Shown here: in pieces, positions 1 to 14,900 of the stretch
Layout of the letters: every line of letters starts with the position of its first letter
Numbering within the stretch: the first letter of the stretch is position 1
DNA from: Convolutriloba macropyga
Lineage: Eukaryota
Direction: 5' to 3'
Length of the DNA stretch: 64,000 nucleotides
Assembly: GCF_964194025.1 (NCBI RefSeq)
Contig: NC_134481.1
Location: forward strand, 1,054,001-1,118,000
Position numbers and translations under genes: made by a program
The notes under the pieces: generated by a model
Database searches by the model: none
Told to the model about the DNA's origin: nothing
What the model saw: the letters and a program-made list of their open reading frames with translations, nothing else

Positions 1-329
1 TCGAGGCGGTTAACGATTTGATTCAGAGATTATCGAGAAATACTGATGGCAATTCCAAGGAAAGTGGCCATAACAGCCAAAGCTGGGTTAACGCACGACG
101 CGGGCATCACAATAACTTCAACCAAAACAAAGGCAGACCAAATTTGCTAGAAAACGAAAAAAAGGATTCCCCAATAATGATAAAAATTTTAATAGAGACT
201 CCAACGATACATGTACTGGATGCGGACAAAAAGGGCATAGAATTAACCAGTGTCGAAATTGTTTTCATTGCGGGAGTTCCCAACACATAAAACGGTACTG
301 TCGTAACAGAAAACCAAAGCAAACAACAG

Positions 330-3300
330 AATCAGCGAATGTTATCAAAGTCTGTTCAAATAGCACAACTGTTTAAATGCTTTAGTATACAAATACTCAT
401 ACAAGGGCAAATAAAAAAGGGTCTAGTCGATAGCGGCAGTAGTGTATCCCTAATAAGCGTTGAACTGCTGAAATCAATATGAGACACAAAACGAATAGAC
501 CCATACAATAACAGAGTTCTAGCTGCTAATAACACATCAGTTAACGTCTTAGGAAAGGTTGAAATTTTATTCAATTGGAACCCAAACAACCCAAATTTTT
601 GCATGAGTTTATAGTCACTCAAGATAACCATATCTCGCCTCTACTAGGTTTGGACATCCTTACTGATCAAAAGTGTATACTGAATTTAAACGAACAGAAT
701 ACTTTGTGGTCGACACAATTTCACTATTCCGCTTATTACTCAGAAAGTGAACAACGTTTATTCAATTAATCTTCTGTTGGAAACACTCATAACACCTGCA
801 AGACACGAAGCCTGGATAGAACTAATTGTGAAGAATGAGAACGCTGAGGTGACAAAGAAAACTAAAGGCCTATTTGAAAGACTCAAGGACTTTGAAAATC
901 ACACTGGTATTTTAGTGACTGACTGCCTGATATCTGTAAATGACTCAAAGAGCCAATTGAGGGTTGTTAACTTCTCTGATAATGAAATCAAGTTATTCAA
1001 AAATACTAAAATTGGAGAAATTTTCAGCAACGATAACAGCGTACAAGTAAATGGTTTGTTCACAAGCAAGAACAAGCCAAAACATCCGGAAGCTTTCCGG
1101 ATGGGGGCTCATGCAACCTTAGAGGGGAGAGATTTGAATAGAAATCAGTCTTACCAAGTCGTTGCAATGTTCATTACAAATATTCTCCAGAAACTCAAAA
1201 TGACTTGGGTTTCTGTGATAAGTAAAACATAGATAAAACTAGAAAGTGATGCAAAGCCATTCAGACGGGCCTACGGGAGTATGAGTTTTGAAAAATGGAA
1301 AGCAATAAAAAAAATAGTGAAAGACCTAGAAGAATCCAATTTGGTTAAGCCAACTCATTCATACTGGGCAGCACCGTTCATACCAGTTAAAAAGAAAGAT
1401 GGAGCATTCCGACTAGTAGTAGACTACAGTGGTTCAAATCAACAAATTGAAAAAAACAGCTGGTCATGGCCAAGAATTAACAATGAAATAGACTCGTGGG
1501 AGGGAAATTTTTATTTCTCGAACATCGACCTAAAGTCAAGCTATTTCCAAATGGCCTTAGAGGAGGAATCACCAAAAATTGACTGCTTTCATAATTCCTA
1601 TGGGTTTGCATAAATGGAGGATGTTACCAATGGGTTTAACCTCTGCGCGAGGAGCGTTCCAAAAATTGATGGAACTAATCCTGTCGGGACTTTCATACAA
1701 AGTAGCCTTGATATATCTTGATGGCATAATAATTTTTGGGAAGTCGTTTGAGGAACATTTATCTCGGATTCAGCTTGTGCTTTGTCGTATAAAGGAAGCC
1801 CGTTTAAAACTCAAAGTCTCAAAATGTCGTTTATTTCAAAAACTGATTCTTTTTTTTAGGTAATATTATATCAAAAGATGGGGTAGAGGTTGATGCGGAA
1901 AAAGTAGCCGCAGTAGCAAATATGAAACCTCCCTCAAATTTGAAAGAACTTCGTGCAATTCTTGGATTAGTTGGATTTTATCGGCGATTCTTTGCAAATT
2001 TTGCTAAAATAGCGGAGCCGCTATAACGCTTGCTGAGCAAGACTGAAAAGTGTATTTGGACTACAGAATGTGACGAATCTGTGAACCAACTTAAATTAAA
2101 ATTACAGAAAGCACCCATATTGGGTTTCTCAAACGATATCGACCCTTACACGTTGACCACAGATAAATCCCTAAATGCAATAGGAGCAATTATTACCCAA
2201 AAGCAGAACTGGGTGGACTGAGTAATCGCCTACGCCTGTAAAACTCTGAATAAGGGCCAACAAAATTACTCAGCAACAGAGAGAGATTTATATGCTATTT
2301 TTTTTCACTCATTACTTTTGGAATAACTTACTGGGAAGAAATTTTATCATCGTAACAGATCATCGCGCTCTTACTTGGTTGTACAGATTCAAGGAACCCG
2401 AAGGAATGCTGGCCAGATGGATTGAGAAGCTGGGACAATTAAATTTTGAAATCCATCACCAAGCAGGGAAGAAAATATCTCATGCGGATTGTCTATCCAG
2501 AGTGCCAGCGGTGGAGGACCCATCTCTCGTGGAAAAAAACCCAGACACTAATCGAGCAACCCACAGAAAACAGCTGGTTCGATGTTTTTGAAGACCAGAG
2601 GGAGGATTTTCGACAGCATCAGCAGAAATAGCGAGAATTAAAAGAAGTGTTCTGCTGGGTGGAACAAAAGAAACGACCTGAAAAAAGACAAATGGTTGGG
2701 GCTTCAAAAAAAACATGGAAGCTCTGGACAGACTTTCAAAATTTGTATATCTCAAAAGGGCTGCTAAGGCGACAAAGGCTGCTCGAAGAAAGTTATCGAG
2801 TCCAGCAAGTAGTTGTACACAAATCATACATGGATTTCATACTCTCTCTTTCACTTGAATCCATGGGGCACCAAGGAGTGCAGAAAACTCGTACAAGAGT
2901 GGAAGAACGTTTCTATTGGGTCGGAATGAAACCTGATATATAAGATTGGATTTTGAGCTGTGATAAGAGTTCAAAGCAGAAAAAACCTCAACAAACTCAC
3001 AGGCGGCCAACAGTATGGAAACCGAGCCATATTTTTGGCAGGTGGCGCTAGATATCATGGGACCTTTACCGAAATTGATGGTTTCAAATATATTTCACTT
3101 ATGGGAGATCAGTTCTCAAAATGGTACGAAGCGGTTCCTATGCAAAATCAGGAAGCAACAACAGTAGCAAAATCTTCTGTTGACTGCTGGTTTTCACGAA
3201 TTGGCTGCCCCACAAACTTCCATAGTGACAAGGGTACAAATTTTATGTCAAATCTTTTCAAAATTATGTGCAAGGAATTGGGCATTGATTGCACCTCTGC

Positions 3301-4298
3301 AACAGCGTATCACCCTCAAGTTAATGCAATGATTGAATGAACGAACCGAACAATTGAGGAGAATTTGGCAAAATAAGTAGGAGAACACCACAACACTTGG
3401 ATTGAATACCTTCAATTGATAATGACGGCATATCGGAGTTCTGTTCACACAGTAACAAAAAACACTATTATCTTCAGTTTGGTGCTCCTTGTGCACTTCC
3501 TATTGATTGCATGTACGAAACACTCCAAAGTCAAGTCTTTGCAACCCCAAGTGACTACGTTGGTAACTTGAAAAAGGAGCTGCAACTTTGCCACGAACTT
3601 GTACGATTGAATATGGAAGTGGAACGAGAAGGACAAAAAACTTACTACGATCGAAAACAGTTTTGATCTAAAAAAAATACTGGGGACCTGTCTTGCTGTT
3701 TAATCCAACAGTAAAATCAGGGCAAACAAAAAGTTCAAGTCGTACTATAGTGGTCCTCTTGTTATACGAGAAATAATAAATGATTTGAATTTCATCATTG
3801 AAGACCTAAAACTCAAAAACAGTAAAAAGTGGATTACAAGAGACTCAGGAAATTCAGATTTCGTCAAAACGAATGCCAGAAACAAAGTAAATTAGCCAAG
3901 AGGCCGGCTATTAACGAAGAAAAAGAGGACGACTTCATTCAAATTGAAGTCGAGCAACAAAACACTGGAGTAAGTGACCAGGGAAAAACAGACGAGCTCC
4001 CAATTCAAATTGAAGTTAATCCGGAGGCAGGACAATCTGATGAAAGTTTGTTGGAGCCTAAACCTGACATCGATAAACTGATGGATACAAAAGTGGAAGA
4101 AAAATCTTAAGATAGTGGAGCAGAGCCAACTAGTTCCAACAAATCAAAGCCAAACAGCACTCCGGGTGAGACTTTCAGTAAGAAAAAAGCAGCAACACAA
4201 GGTACAACAGTAAAATAAGAGATCAGGGTGAAAAAAACAGTAGTTCAAAAACATTTACACGAAGTTCAAGTAGACAAGCAAGCCATGAAAAAAACCCA
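330..4298 (+). pseudogene. Gypsy pol, first and most complete copy (protease, RT, RNase H, integrase)
   Basis: Fragments: ILIQGQIKKGLVDSGSSVSLI; YWAAPFIPVKKKDGAFRLVVDY; LPMGL; YLDG (YLDD in the next copy); FIIVTDHRALTWL...HADCLSR; MGHQG...RFYWVGM; DQFSKW...FHSDKGTNF...AYHPQ. Confidence 0.92.
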
Positions 4299-7200
4299 GA
4301 CTTTCATACGAAGTAGCCTTGATATATCTTGATGACATAATAATTTTTAGGAAGTCGTTTGAGGAACATTTACCTCGACTTGAGCTTGTGCTTTGTTGTA
4401 TAAAGGAAGCCGGTTTAAAACTCAAGGGCTCAAAATGTCGTTTTTTTCAAAAACTGATTCATTTTTTAGGTCAAATTATATCAAAAGATGGGGTAGAGGT
4501 TAATGCCGAAAAAGTAGCCGCAGTAGGAAACATGAAACCTCTCTCAAATTTGAAAGAACTTCGTGAAATTCTTGGATTACTTGGATTTCATCGGCGATTC
4601 ATTGCAGATTTTGGTAAAACAGCGGAGCCACAATATCGTTTGCTTAGCAAGACTGAAAAATTTATTTGGACTACAGAATGTGACGAATCTGTGAACCAAC
4701 TTAAATTAAAATTACAGGAAGCACCAATATTGGGTTTCCCAAATGATACCGACATTTACACGTTGACCACATATGCTTCCCCAACTGCAATAGGAATAAT
4801 CATTACGCAGAAGCAGAACTGGGCGGACCGAGTAATCGCCCATGCCTGTAAAAATCTGAATAAGGGCCAACAAAATTACTCAGCAACAGAGAGAGATTTA
4901 TATGCTATTGTTTATTTCACTCATTACTTTTGGAATAACTTACTGGGAAGAAATTTTATCATCGTAACAGATCATCGCGCTCTTACGTGGTTGTAGAGAT
5001 TCAAGGAACCCGAAGGGTTGCTGGCCAGATGGATTGAGAAGCTGGGACAGTCAAATTTGGAAATCCATCACCAAGCAGGGAAGAAAATACCTCATGCGGA
5101 TTGTCTATCCAGAGTGCCAGTGGTGGAGGACCCATCTCTCGTGGAAGAAAAAAACCCAAATAGTAATCGAACAACCCACAGAAAACAGCTGGTCCGATGT
5201 TTTTGAAGACCAGAGGAAGGACCTTCGATAGCATCAGCAGAAATATCGAGAAATAAAAGAAGTGTTCTGCTGGGTGGAACAAAAGAAACAACATGAGAAA
5301 AAAAAAGGTTGGGGCTTCAAAAAGGACACGGAAGCTCTGGACTGATTTTCAAAATTTGTATATCTCAAAAGGAATGCTAAGGCGACAAAGGCTGCTCGAA
5401 GAAAACTCTCGAGTCCAGCAAGTAGTTGTACACAGATCATAAATGGATTTCGTACTACCTCTTTTACATGAAGCCATGGGGCACCAAGGAGTGCAGAAAA
5501 CTCGTACAAGAGTCCAAGAACGTTTCTATCGGGTCGGAATGAAACGTGATATATACGATTGGATTTTGAGCTGCGATAAGTGTTCAAAGCAGAAAAACCT
5601 CAACAAACTGACAGGCACCCATTAACAGTATGGAAACTGAGCCATCCTTTTTGGCAGGTGGCGCTAGATATCATGGGACCTTAACCCGAAATTGATGGTT
5701 TCAAATATATTTTACTTATAGGAGATCAGTTCTCAAAATGGTACGAAGCGGTTCCTATGCAGAATCAGGAAGCAACAACAGTAGCAAAATCTTCTGTTGA
5801 CTGCTGGGTTTCACGATTTGGCTGCCCCGCCAATTTTCATAGTGACAAGGGTACAAATTTTATGTCAAATCTTCTCAAAATTATGTGCAAGGAATTAACG
5901 AACGGAACAATTGAGGATAATTTGGCAAAATACGTAGGAGAACAAAATACTTGGAGTGAATACCTTCAATTGATAATGACGGCATATCGCAGTTCTGTTC
6001 ACACAGTAACAGAAAACACTATTATCTTCCGTTTGGTGCTCCTTGTGCGCTTCCTATTGATTGCATGTACGAAACACTCCAAAGTCAAGTGTTTGCAACC
6101 CCAAGTGACTACGTTGGAAACCTGAAAAAGGAGCTGCAACTTTGCAACGAACTTGTACGATTGAATATGGAAGTGGAACGAGAAGGACAAAAAACTTACT
6201 ATGATCGAAAACAGTTTTGACCTAAATAACAAACTGGGGATCTGGTCTTGCTGTTTAATCCAACAGTAAAACCAGGGCAAACAAAAACTTCAAGTCGTAC
6301 TATAGTGGTGCTCTTGTTATACAAGAAATAATCAATGATTTGAATTTCAACATTGAAGACTTAAAAACTCAAAAACAGTAAAAATTGCATTACGAAAGAC
6401 TCAGGAAATTCAAATTTCGTCAACACAAATACCAGAAACAAAGTAAATTAGCCAAGAGGCCGGCTATTAACGAAGAAAAAGAGGACGACTTCATTCAAAT
6501 TGAAATTGAGCAACAAAACACAGTAAGTGACCAGGGAACAAAAACAGACAAGTTCTCAAGTCAAATTGAAGTTAATCCAGCGGCTTGACAATCTGATGAA
6601 GGTTTGTTCGAACCTAAACCTGAAATCGATAAACTGATGGATACAAATACGGAAGCAAAATCTAAAGATAGTGGAGCACAGCCAACTAGTTCCAACAAAT
6701 CAAAGCCAAACAGCACTCCCGGTGAGACTTCCAGTAAGACAAAAGCAGCAACGCAAGGCAAACAGAAACACATTACAACAAGAGATCAGGGTGAAAATCA
6801 CAGTAGTTCAAAACAATTACACAAAGTTCAATTAGAAAAGCCAGCCATGAAAGAGACCCAGACTTTCATACGAAGTAGCCTTGATATTTATTGATGACAT
6901 AATAATTTTTGGGAAGTCGTATGAAGAACATGTATCTCGACTGGAGCTTGTGCTTTGTTGTATAAAGGAAGCTGGTTTAAAACTCAAAGGCTCAAAATGT
7001 CGTTTCTTTCAAAAATTGATTCATTTTTTAGGTCAGATTATATCAAAAGATTGGCTAGAGGTTGATGCGTCAAAATAGCCGCAGTAGCAAATATGAAACC
7101 TCCCTCAAATTTGAAAGAACTTCGTGCCATTCTTAGATTAGTTGGATTTTATCGGTGATTCATAGCAGATTTGGGTAAAATAGCGGAGCCGCTATATCGT

Positions 7201-10200
7201 TTGCTGGGCAAGACTGAAAAATTTATTTGGACTACAGAATGTGACGAATCTGTGAATCAACTTATATTAAAATTACAGGAAGCACCAATATTGGGTTTCC
7301 CAAATGATACCGACATTTACACGTTGACCACAGATGCTTCCCCAACTGCAATAGGAAAAATCATTACGCAGAAGCAGAACTGGGCGGACCGAGTAATCGC
7401 CCATGCCTGTAAAACTCTGAATAGGGGCCAACAAAATTACTCAGCAACAGAGAGAGATTTATATGCTATTGTTTATTTCACTCATTACTTTTGAATAACT
7501 TACTGGGAAGAAATTTTATCATCGTAACAGATCATCGCGCTCTTACGTGGTTGTAGAGATTCAAGGAACCCGAAGGGTTGCTGGCCAGATGGATTGAGAA
7601 GCTGGGACAGTCAAATTTTGAAATCCATCACCAAGCAGGGAAGAAAATACCTCATGCGGATTGTCTATCCAGAGTGCCAGTGGTGGAGGACCCATCTCTC
7701 GTGGAAGAAAAAAACCCAAATAGTAATCGAACAACCCACAGAAAACAGCTGGTCCAATGTTTTTGAAGACCAGAGGGAGGATCTTCCATAGCATCAGCAG
7801 AATTATCGAGAAATAAAAGAAGTGTTCTGCTGGGTGGAACAAAAAAAACACCTGAAAAAAACAAATGGTTGGGGCTTCAAAAAGAACATGGAAGCTCTGA
7901 ACTGATTTTCAAAATTTGTATATCTCAAAAGGAATGCTAAGGCGACAAAGGCTGCTCGAAGAAAACTCTCGAGTCCAGCAAGTAGTTGTACACAGAGAAC
8001 ACATGGATTTCATACTACCTCTTTTACATGAAACCATGGGGCACCAAGGAGTGCAGAAAACTCGTAAAAGAGTCCAAGAACTTTTCTATCGGGTCGCAAT
8101 GAAACGTGATATATACGATTGGATTTTGAGCTGCGATAAGTGTTCAAAGCAGAAAAAACCTCAACAAACTGACAGGCACCCATTAACAGTATGGAAACTG
8201 AGCCATCCTTTTTGGCAGGTGGCGCTAGATATCATGGGACCTTAACCCGAAATTGATGGTTTCAAATATATTTTACTTATAGGAGATCAGTTCTCAAAAT
8301 GGTACGAAGCGGTTCCAATGCAAAATCAGGAATTGATAGTGACGGCATATCGCAGTTCTGTTCACACAGGAACAAAAAAACACTATTATTTTCCGCTTGG
8401 TGCTCCTTGTGCACTTCCTATTGATTGCATGTACGAAACACTCCAAAGTCAAGTCTTTGCAACTCCAAGTGACTACGTCGGTAACCTGAAAAAGGAGCTG
8501 CAACTTTGCAACGAACTTGTACGATTGAATATGGAAGTGGAACGAGAAGGACAAAAAAATTACTACGATCGAAAACAGTTTTGACCTAAATAACAAACTG
8601 GGGATCTGGTCTTGCTGCTTAATCCAACAGTAAAACCAGGGCAAACAAAAACTTCAAGTCGTACTATAGTGGTGCTCTTGTTATACAAGAAATAATCAAT
8701 GATTTGAATTTCAACATTGAAGACTTAAAAACTCAAAAACAGTAAAAATTGCATTACGAAAGACTCAGGAAATTCAAATTTCGTCAACACGAATACCAGA
8801 AACAAAGTAAATTAGCCAAGAGGCCGGCTATTAACGAAGAAAAAGAGGAAGACTTCATTCAAATTGAAATTGAGCAACAAAACACAGTAAGTGACCAGGG
8901 AACAAAAACAGACAAGTTCTCAAGTCAAATTGAAGTCAATCCAGCGGCTTGACAATCTGATGAAGGTTTGTTCGAACCTAAACCTGAAATCGATAAACTG
9001 ATGGATACAAATACGGAAGCAAAATCTAAAGATAGTGGAGCACAGCCAACTAGTTCCAACAAATCAAAGCCAAACAGCACTCCCGGTGAGACTTCCAGTA
9101 AGACAAAAGCAGCAACGCAAGGCAAACAGAAACACATTACAACAAGAGATCAGGGTGAAAATCACAGTAGTTCAAAACAATTACACAAAGTTCAATTAGA
9201 AAAGCCAGCCATGAAAGAGACCCAGACTTTCATACGAAGTAGCCTTGATATTTATTGATGACATAATAATTTTTGGGAAGTCGTATGAAGAACAGGTATC
9301 TTGACTGGAGCTTGTGCTTTGTTGTATAAAGGATGATATGAAACCTCCCTCAAATTTGAAAGAACTTCGTGCCATTCTTAGATTAGTTGGATTTTATCGG
9401 CGATTCATTGCAGATTTTGGTAAAAGAGCGGAGCCGCTATATCGTTTGCTGAGCAAGAATGAAAAGTTTATTTGGACTACAGAATGTGACGAATCTGTGA
9501 ACCAACTTAAATTAAAATTACAGGAAGCACCCATATTGGGTTTCCCAAACGATATCGACCCTTACACGTTGACCACAGATAAATCCCTAACTGATATAGG
9601 AGCAATCATTACCCAAAAGCAGAACTGGGTGGACTGAGTAATCGCCTATGCCTGTAAAACTCTGAATAAGGGCCAACAAAATTACTCAGCAACAAAGAGA
9701 GATATATATGCTATCGTTCATTTCACTCATTAATTTCGGAATTACTTACTGGGAAGAAATTTTATCATCGTAACAGATCATCGCGGATTTACGTGGTTGT
9801 ACAGGTTCAAGGAACCCGAAGGGATGCTGGCCAGATGGATTGAGAAGCTGGGACAATTTAATTTTGAAATCCATCACCAAGCAGGGAAGAATATACCTCA
9901 TGCGGATTGTCTATCCAGAGTGCCAGCGGCGGAGGACCCATCTCTCGTGGAAGAAAAAAACCCAAATAGTAATCGAACAACCCACAGAAAACAGCTGGTC
10001 CGATGTTTTTGAAGAACAGAGGGAGGATCTTCGATAGCATCAGCAGAATTATCGAGAAATAAAAGAAGTGTTCTGCTGGGTGGAACAAAAGAAACAACCT
10101 GAAAAAAAAGGTTGGGGCTTCAAAAAGAACATGGAAGCTCTGGACTGATTTTCAAAATTTGTATATCTCAAAAGGGCTGCTAAGGCGACAAAGGCTGCTC

Positions 10201-11727
10201 GAAGAAGACTCTCGAGTCCAGCAAGTAGTTGTACACAGATCATTAATGGATTTCATACTACTTCTTTTACTTGAATCCATGGTGCACCAAGGAATGCTGA
10301 AAACTCGTACAAGAGTCCAAGAAAATTTCTATTGGGTCGGAATAAAACGTGATATATACGATTGGATTTTGAGCTGCGATAAGTGTTCAAAGCCGTAAAA
10401 TCCTCAACAAACTCACAGGAGCCAGTAACAGTACGGAAACCGAGCCATCCTTTTGGCAGGTGGCGCTAGATATCATGGGACCTTTACCCGAAATTGATGG
10501 TTTCAAATATATTTTACTTATAGTAGATCAGTTCTCAAAATGGTACAAAGCAGTTCCTATGCAAAAGCAGGAAGCAACAACAGTAGCAAAATCTTCTGTT
10601 GACTGCTGGGTTTCACGAATTGGCTGCCCCACAAACTTCCATTGTGACAAGGGTACAAATTTTATGTCAAATCTTTTCAAAATTATGTGCAAGGAATTGG
10701 GCATTGATTGCACCTCTGCAACAGCGTATCACCCTCAAGTTAATGCAATGACTGAACGAACGAACGGAACAACTGAGGATAATTTGGCAAAATACGTAGG
10801 AGAACAAAACACTTGGAGTGAATACCTTCAATTGATAATGACGGCATATCGCAGCTCTGTTCACACAGTAACAGAAAACACTATTATCTTCCGTTTGGTG
10901 CTCCTTGTGCGCTTCCTATTGATTGCATGTACGAAATACTCCAAAGTCAAATCTTTGCAACCCCAAGTGACTACGTCGGTAATCTGAAAAAGGAGCTGCA
11001 ACTTTGTCACGAACTTGTGCCATTGAATATGGAAGTGGAACGAGAAGGACAAAAAACTTACTACGATCGAAAACAGTTTTGATCTAAAAAAAATACTGGG
11101 GACCTGTCTTGCTGTTTAATCCAACAGTAAAATCAGGGCAAACAAAAAGTTCAAGTCGTACTATAGTGGTCTTCTTGTTATACGAGAAATAATAAATGAT
11201 TTGAATTTCATCATTGAAGACCTAAAACTCAAAAACAGTAAAAAGTGGATTACAAGAGACTCAGGAAATTCAGATTTCGTCAAAACGAATGCCAGAAACA
11301 AAGTAAATTAGCCAAGAGGCCGGCTATTAACGAAGAAAAAGAGGACGACTTCATTCAAATTGAAGTCGAGCAACAAAGCACTGGAGTAAGTGACCAGGGA
11401 ACAAAAATAGACGAGCTCCCAAGTCAAATTGAAGTTAATCCGGAGGCGGGACAATCTGATGAAGGTTTGTTGGAGCCTAAAACTGACATCTATAAACTGA
11501 TGGATATAAATACGGAAGCAAAATCTAAAGATAGTGGAGCACAGCCAACTACTTTCATTAAAACAAAGCCAAACAGCACTCCGGGTGAGACTTCCAGTAA
11601 GATAAAAGTAGCAACACAAAAAAACAGAACAACAGTACAACAAGAGATCAGGGTGAAAAACACAGTAGTTCATAAACAATTACACAAAGTTCAAGTAGAC
11701 AAGCAAGCCATGAAAACGCCCCAGACT
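1688..11727 (+). repeat. Four tandem copies (2611, 2562, 2364, 2499 bp) of the segment from RT C-terminus to integrase C-terminus
   Basis: The junction ...CCCAGACTTTCATACGAAGTAGCC recurs at 4299, 6861 and 9225. Copies differ by substitutions and private deletions. Confidence 0.93.
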
Positions 11728-11909
11728 GGAAAGGGGGACCTGGCCGAGTTATAGTCGAAACATCAGAAAAACCTAGTACGCGACCCGCTGCCAGCCGATC
11801 AAAACCTAGCAAATTTAAGGATTATTTTCTTGCACAAAGATAGAAACGACGATCAAAGTGATAACGTGTCGAAAAAAGATAACTGTTTTAGCACAGGCAG
11901 ACAGAGAAG

Positions 11910-14900
11910 ATGACATCAGACACACACTCAATTTTTAGTAAGATATTCGTGTTTTGCATTGTCATGGGATCCACAAAAAGCAACAAAAAAGAAATTACGT
12001 CATATAACTTTGAAAATTTAGCAAAAAACCTCTAGTTTCTGATTGTGGGAAAAAGATAACTGCACTCAAAACCACAAACATGCTCTTGTATTATCTACTA
12101 TATCATGAGAGTTTTAAAGTCCACTTAAATTACTGCACATTTCAAGCCGCATACACAGTCGGTGGCCTAAAGAAAAGCACATGGTGATACGACGCAGTTG
12201 TTATTCAAGACAACTTGCAATTGATTCCCAGGTACTATCCACTTACCAGCGAAGCTCGTAGCAAATTGCAACAAGGCATATCGTTAAATTTACCGGGGCT
12301 TAGAAATGAAAAAATTAGGTTCGAAACCACTCTATTGAGGAATATACAAAAGTCAAAAACAGAAATCAAAATTAAATAAAAAATAATGGGCGCCTTTATG
12401 AATGGCGGGAAGAACAAAGTTGTAAAATTTGTATATCCAGTAGCTTGGCAAACCCCAATGAAAAAAACATTACTGTTAGTGTAGTCACCAACGCAGAAGT
12501 AACACTTGGAAAATTTAACCCGCAAATGTTGCAAAGAGAAAATGGATAAAAGATAAAATTCCTAGACCCATTTGGAAACCAACAATTTCATTCCTGGAAT
12601 CGAGAAATCTTTTGTTGACTGCCGGGTTTCATGATTTGGTTGCGCCGCCAATTTTCATAGTGACTAGGGTGCAAATTTTTTGTCAATTATTTTCAAAATT
12701 ATGTGCAAGGAATTCGGCATTGAATGCACCTCTGCAGGAGCGTATCACCTTCAAGGTAATGCAGTGATTGAACGAACGAACCGAACAATTGAGGAGAAAT
12801 TGGCAAAATACGTAGGAGAACAAAACACTTGGAGTGAATACCTTCAATTGATAATGACGGCATATCGCAGTTCAGTTCTGTTCACACAGTAACAGAAAAC
12901 AGTATTATCTTCTGTTTGGTGCTCCTTGTGCACTACCTATTGATTGCATGTACGAAACACTCCAAAGTCAAGTCTTTGCAACCCCAAGTGACTACGTTGG
13001 TAACCTGAAAATGAAGCTGCAATTTTGTGACGAACTTGTACCATTGAATATGGAAGTGGAACGAGAAGGATAGAAAATCACTACGATCGAAAACAGTTTT
13101 GACCCAAATAACAAATTGGGGACCTGGTCTTGCAGTTTAATCCAACAATAAAACCAGGGCAAAAAAATTTTCAAGTCGTACTATAGTGGTCCTCTTGTTA
13201 TACGGGAAATAATAAATGATTTGAATTTCATCATTGAAGACCTAAAAACTCAAAAACAGTAAAAAGTGCATTACAAGAGACTCAGGAAATTCAAATTTCG
13301 TCAAAACGAATGCCAGAAACAAAGTAAATTAGCCAAGAGGCCGGCTATTAACGAAGAAAAAGAGGACGACTTCATTCCAATTGAAGTCGAGCAACAAAGC
13401 ACTGGAGTAAGTGACCAAGGAAAAAAACAGACGAGCTCTCAAGACAAATTGAAGTTAATGCTGAGGCGGGACAATCTGATTAAGGTTTGTTGGAGCCTAA
13501 ACCTGACATCGATAAACTGATGGATACAAATATGGGAGCAAAATCTAAAGATACTGGAGCACAGCCAACTAGTTCCAACAAAACAAAGCCAAACAGCACT
13601 CCGGGTGAGACATCCAGTAAGGCAAAAGCAGCAACAGAAGGCAAAGAGAACAACAGTACAACAAGAGATCATGGTGAAAATCACAGTAGTTCAAAAACAA
13701 TTACACAAAGTTCAAGTAGACAAGCAAGCCATGAAAAAGACTCAGACCGGAAAGGGGGACCTGGTGGCCGAGTAATAGTCGAAACATCAGAAAAATTTAG
13801 TACGCGACCCGCTGCCAGCCGATCGAAACCTAGCAAATTTAAGGATTATTATCTTGCATAAAGATAAGAACGAAGATCAAAGTGATAACGTGTTTGAATA
13901 AAGATAACTGTTTTAGCACAGGACACAGAGAAGATGACGTCAGACACAGATTCAGTTTTTGGTAAGATATTCGTGTTTTGCATTGTCATGGAATCCATAA
14001 AAAGCAACAAAATAGAAATTACCTCAAATAATTTTGAAAATTTAGCAAGAAACCTCTAGCTTCTGATTGTGGGAAAAAGATAACTGCACTCAAAACCATA
14101 AACATGCTCTTGTATTATCTACTATATCATGAGAATTTTAAAATCCACTTAAATTAATGCACGTTTCAAGCCGCATACACAGTCAGTAGCCTAAAGAAAA
14201 GCACATGGTGATACGAAGCAGTTTTTATTCAAGCCAACTTGCAATTGATTCCCAGGTACTATCCACTTACCAGCAAAGCTTGTAGCAAATTGCTACAAGG
14301 GATATCGGTATTTTTACCGGGGTTTAAAAATGAAAAATTTAGGTTCAAAACCACTCTATTGAGGAAGTTACAAAAGTCAAACTTAGAAATCAAAAATAAA
14401 TTAAAAATAGGGGCGCCTTTATGAATGGCCGGAACAACAAAACTGTAAAATTGTAATATCCAGTAGCTTGGCAAACCCCTATGAAAAAAACATTACTGTT
14501 AGTGTAGTCATCAACGCGGAAGTAACACTTGGAAAAATTAACGCGCAAATGTTGCAAAAAGAAAAAGGATAAAAGATAAAGTGCCTAGACCCATTTGGAA
14601 ACCAAAAATTTCATTCCTGGAATCGAGAAATCTTTCGTTGACTGCTGGGTTTCATGATTTGGTTGCCCCGCCAATTTTCATAGTGACAAGGGTACAAATT
14701 TTATGTCAAATATTTTCAAAATTATGTGCAAGGAATTGGGCATTGAATGCACCTCTGCAAGAGCGTATCACCTTCAAGGTAATGCAGTGATTGAACGAAC
14801 GAACCGAAAAATTGAGGAGAAATTGGCAAAATACGTAGGAGAACAAAGCACTTGGAGTGAATACCTTCAATTGATAATGACGGCATATAGCAGTTCTGTT

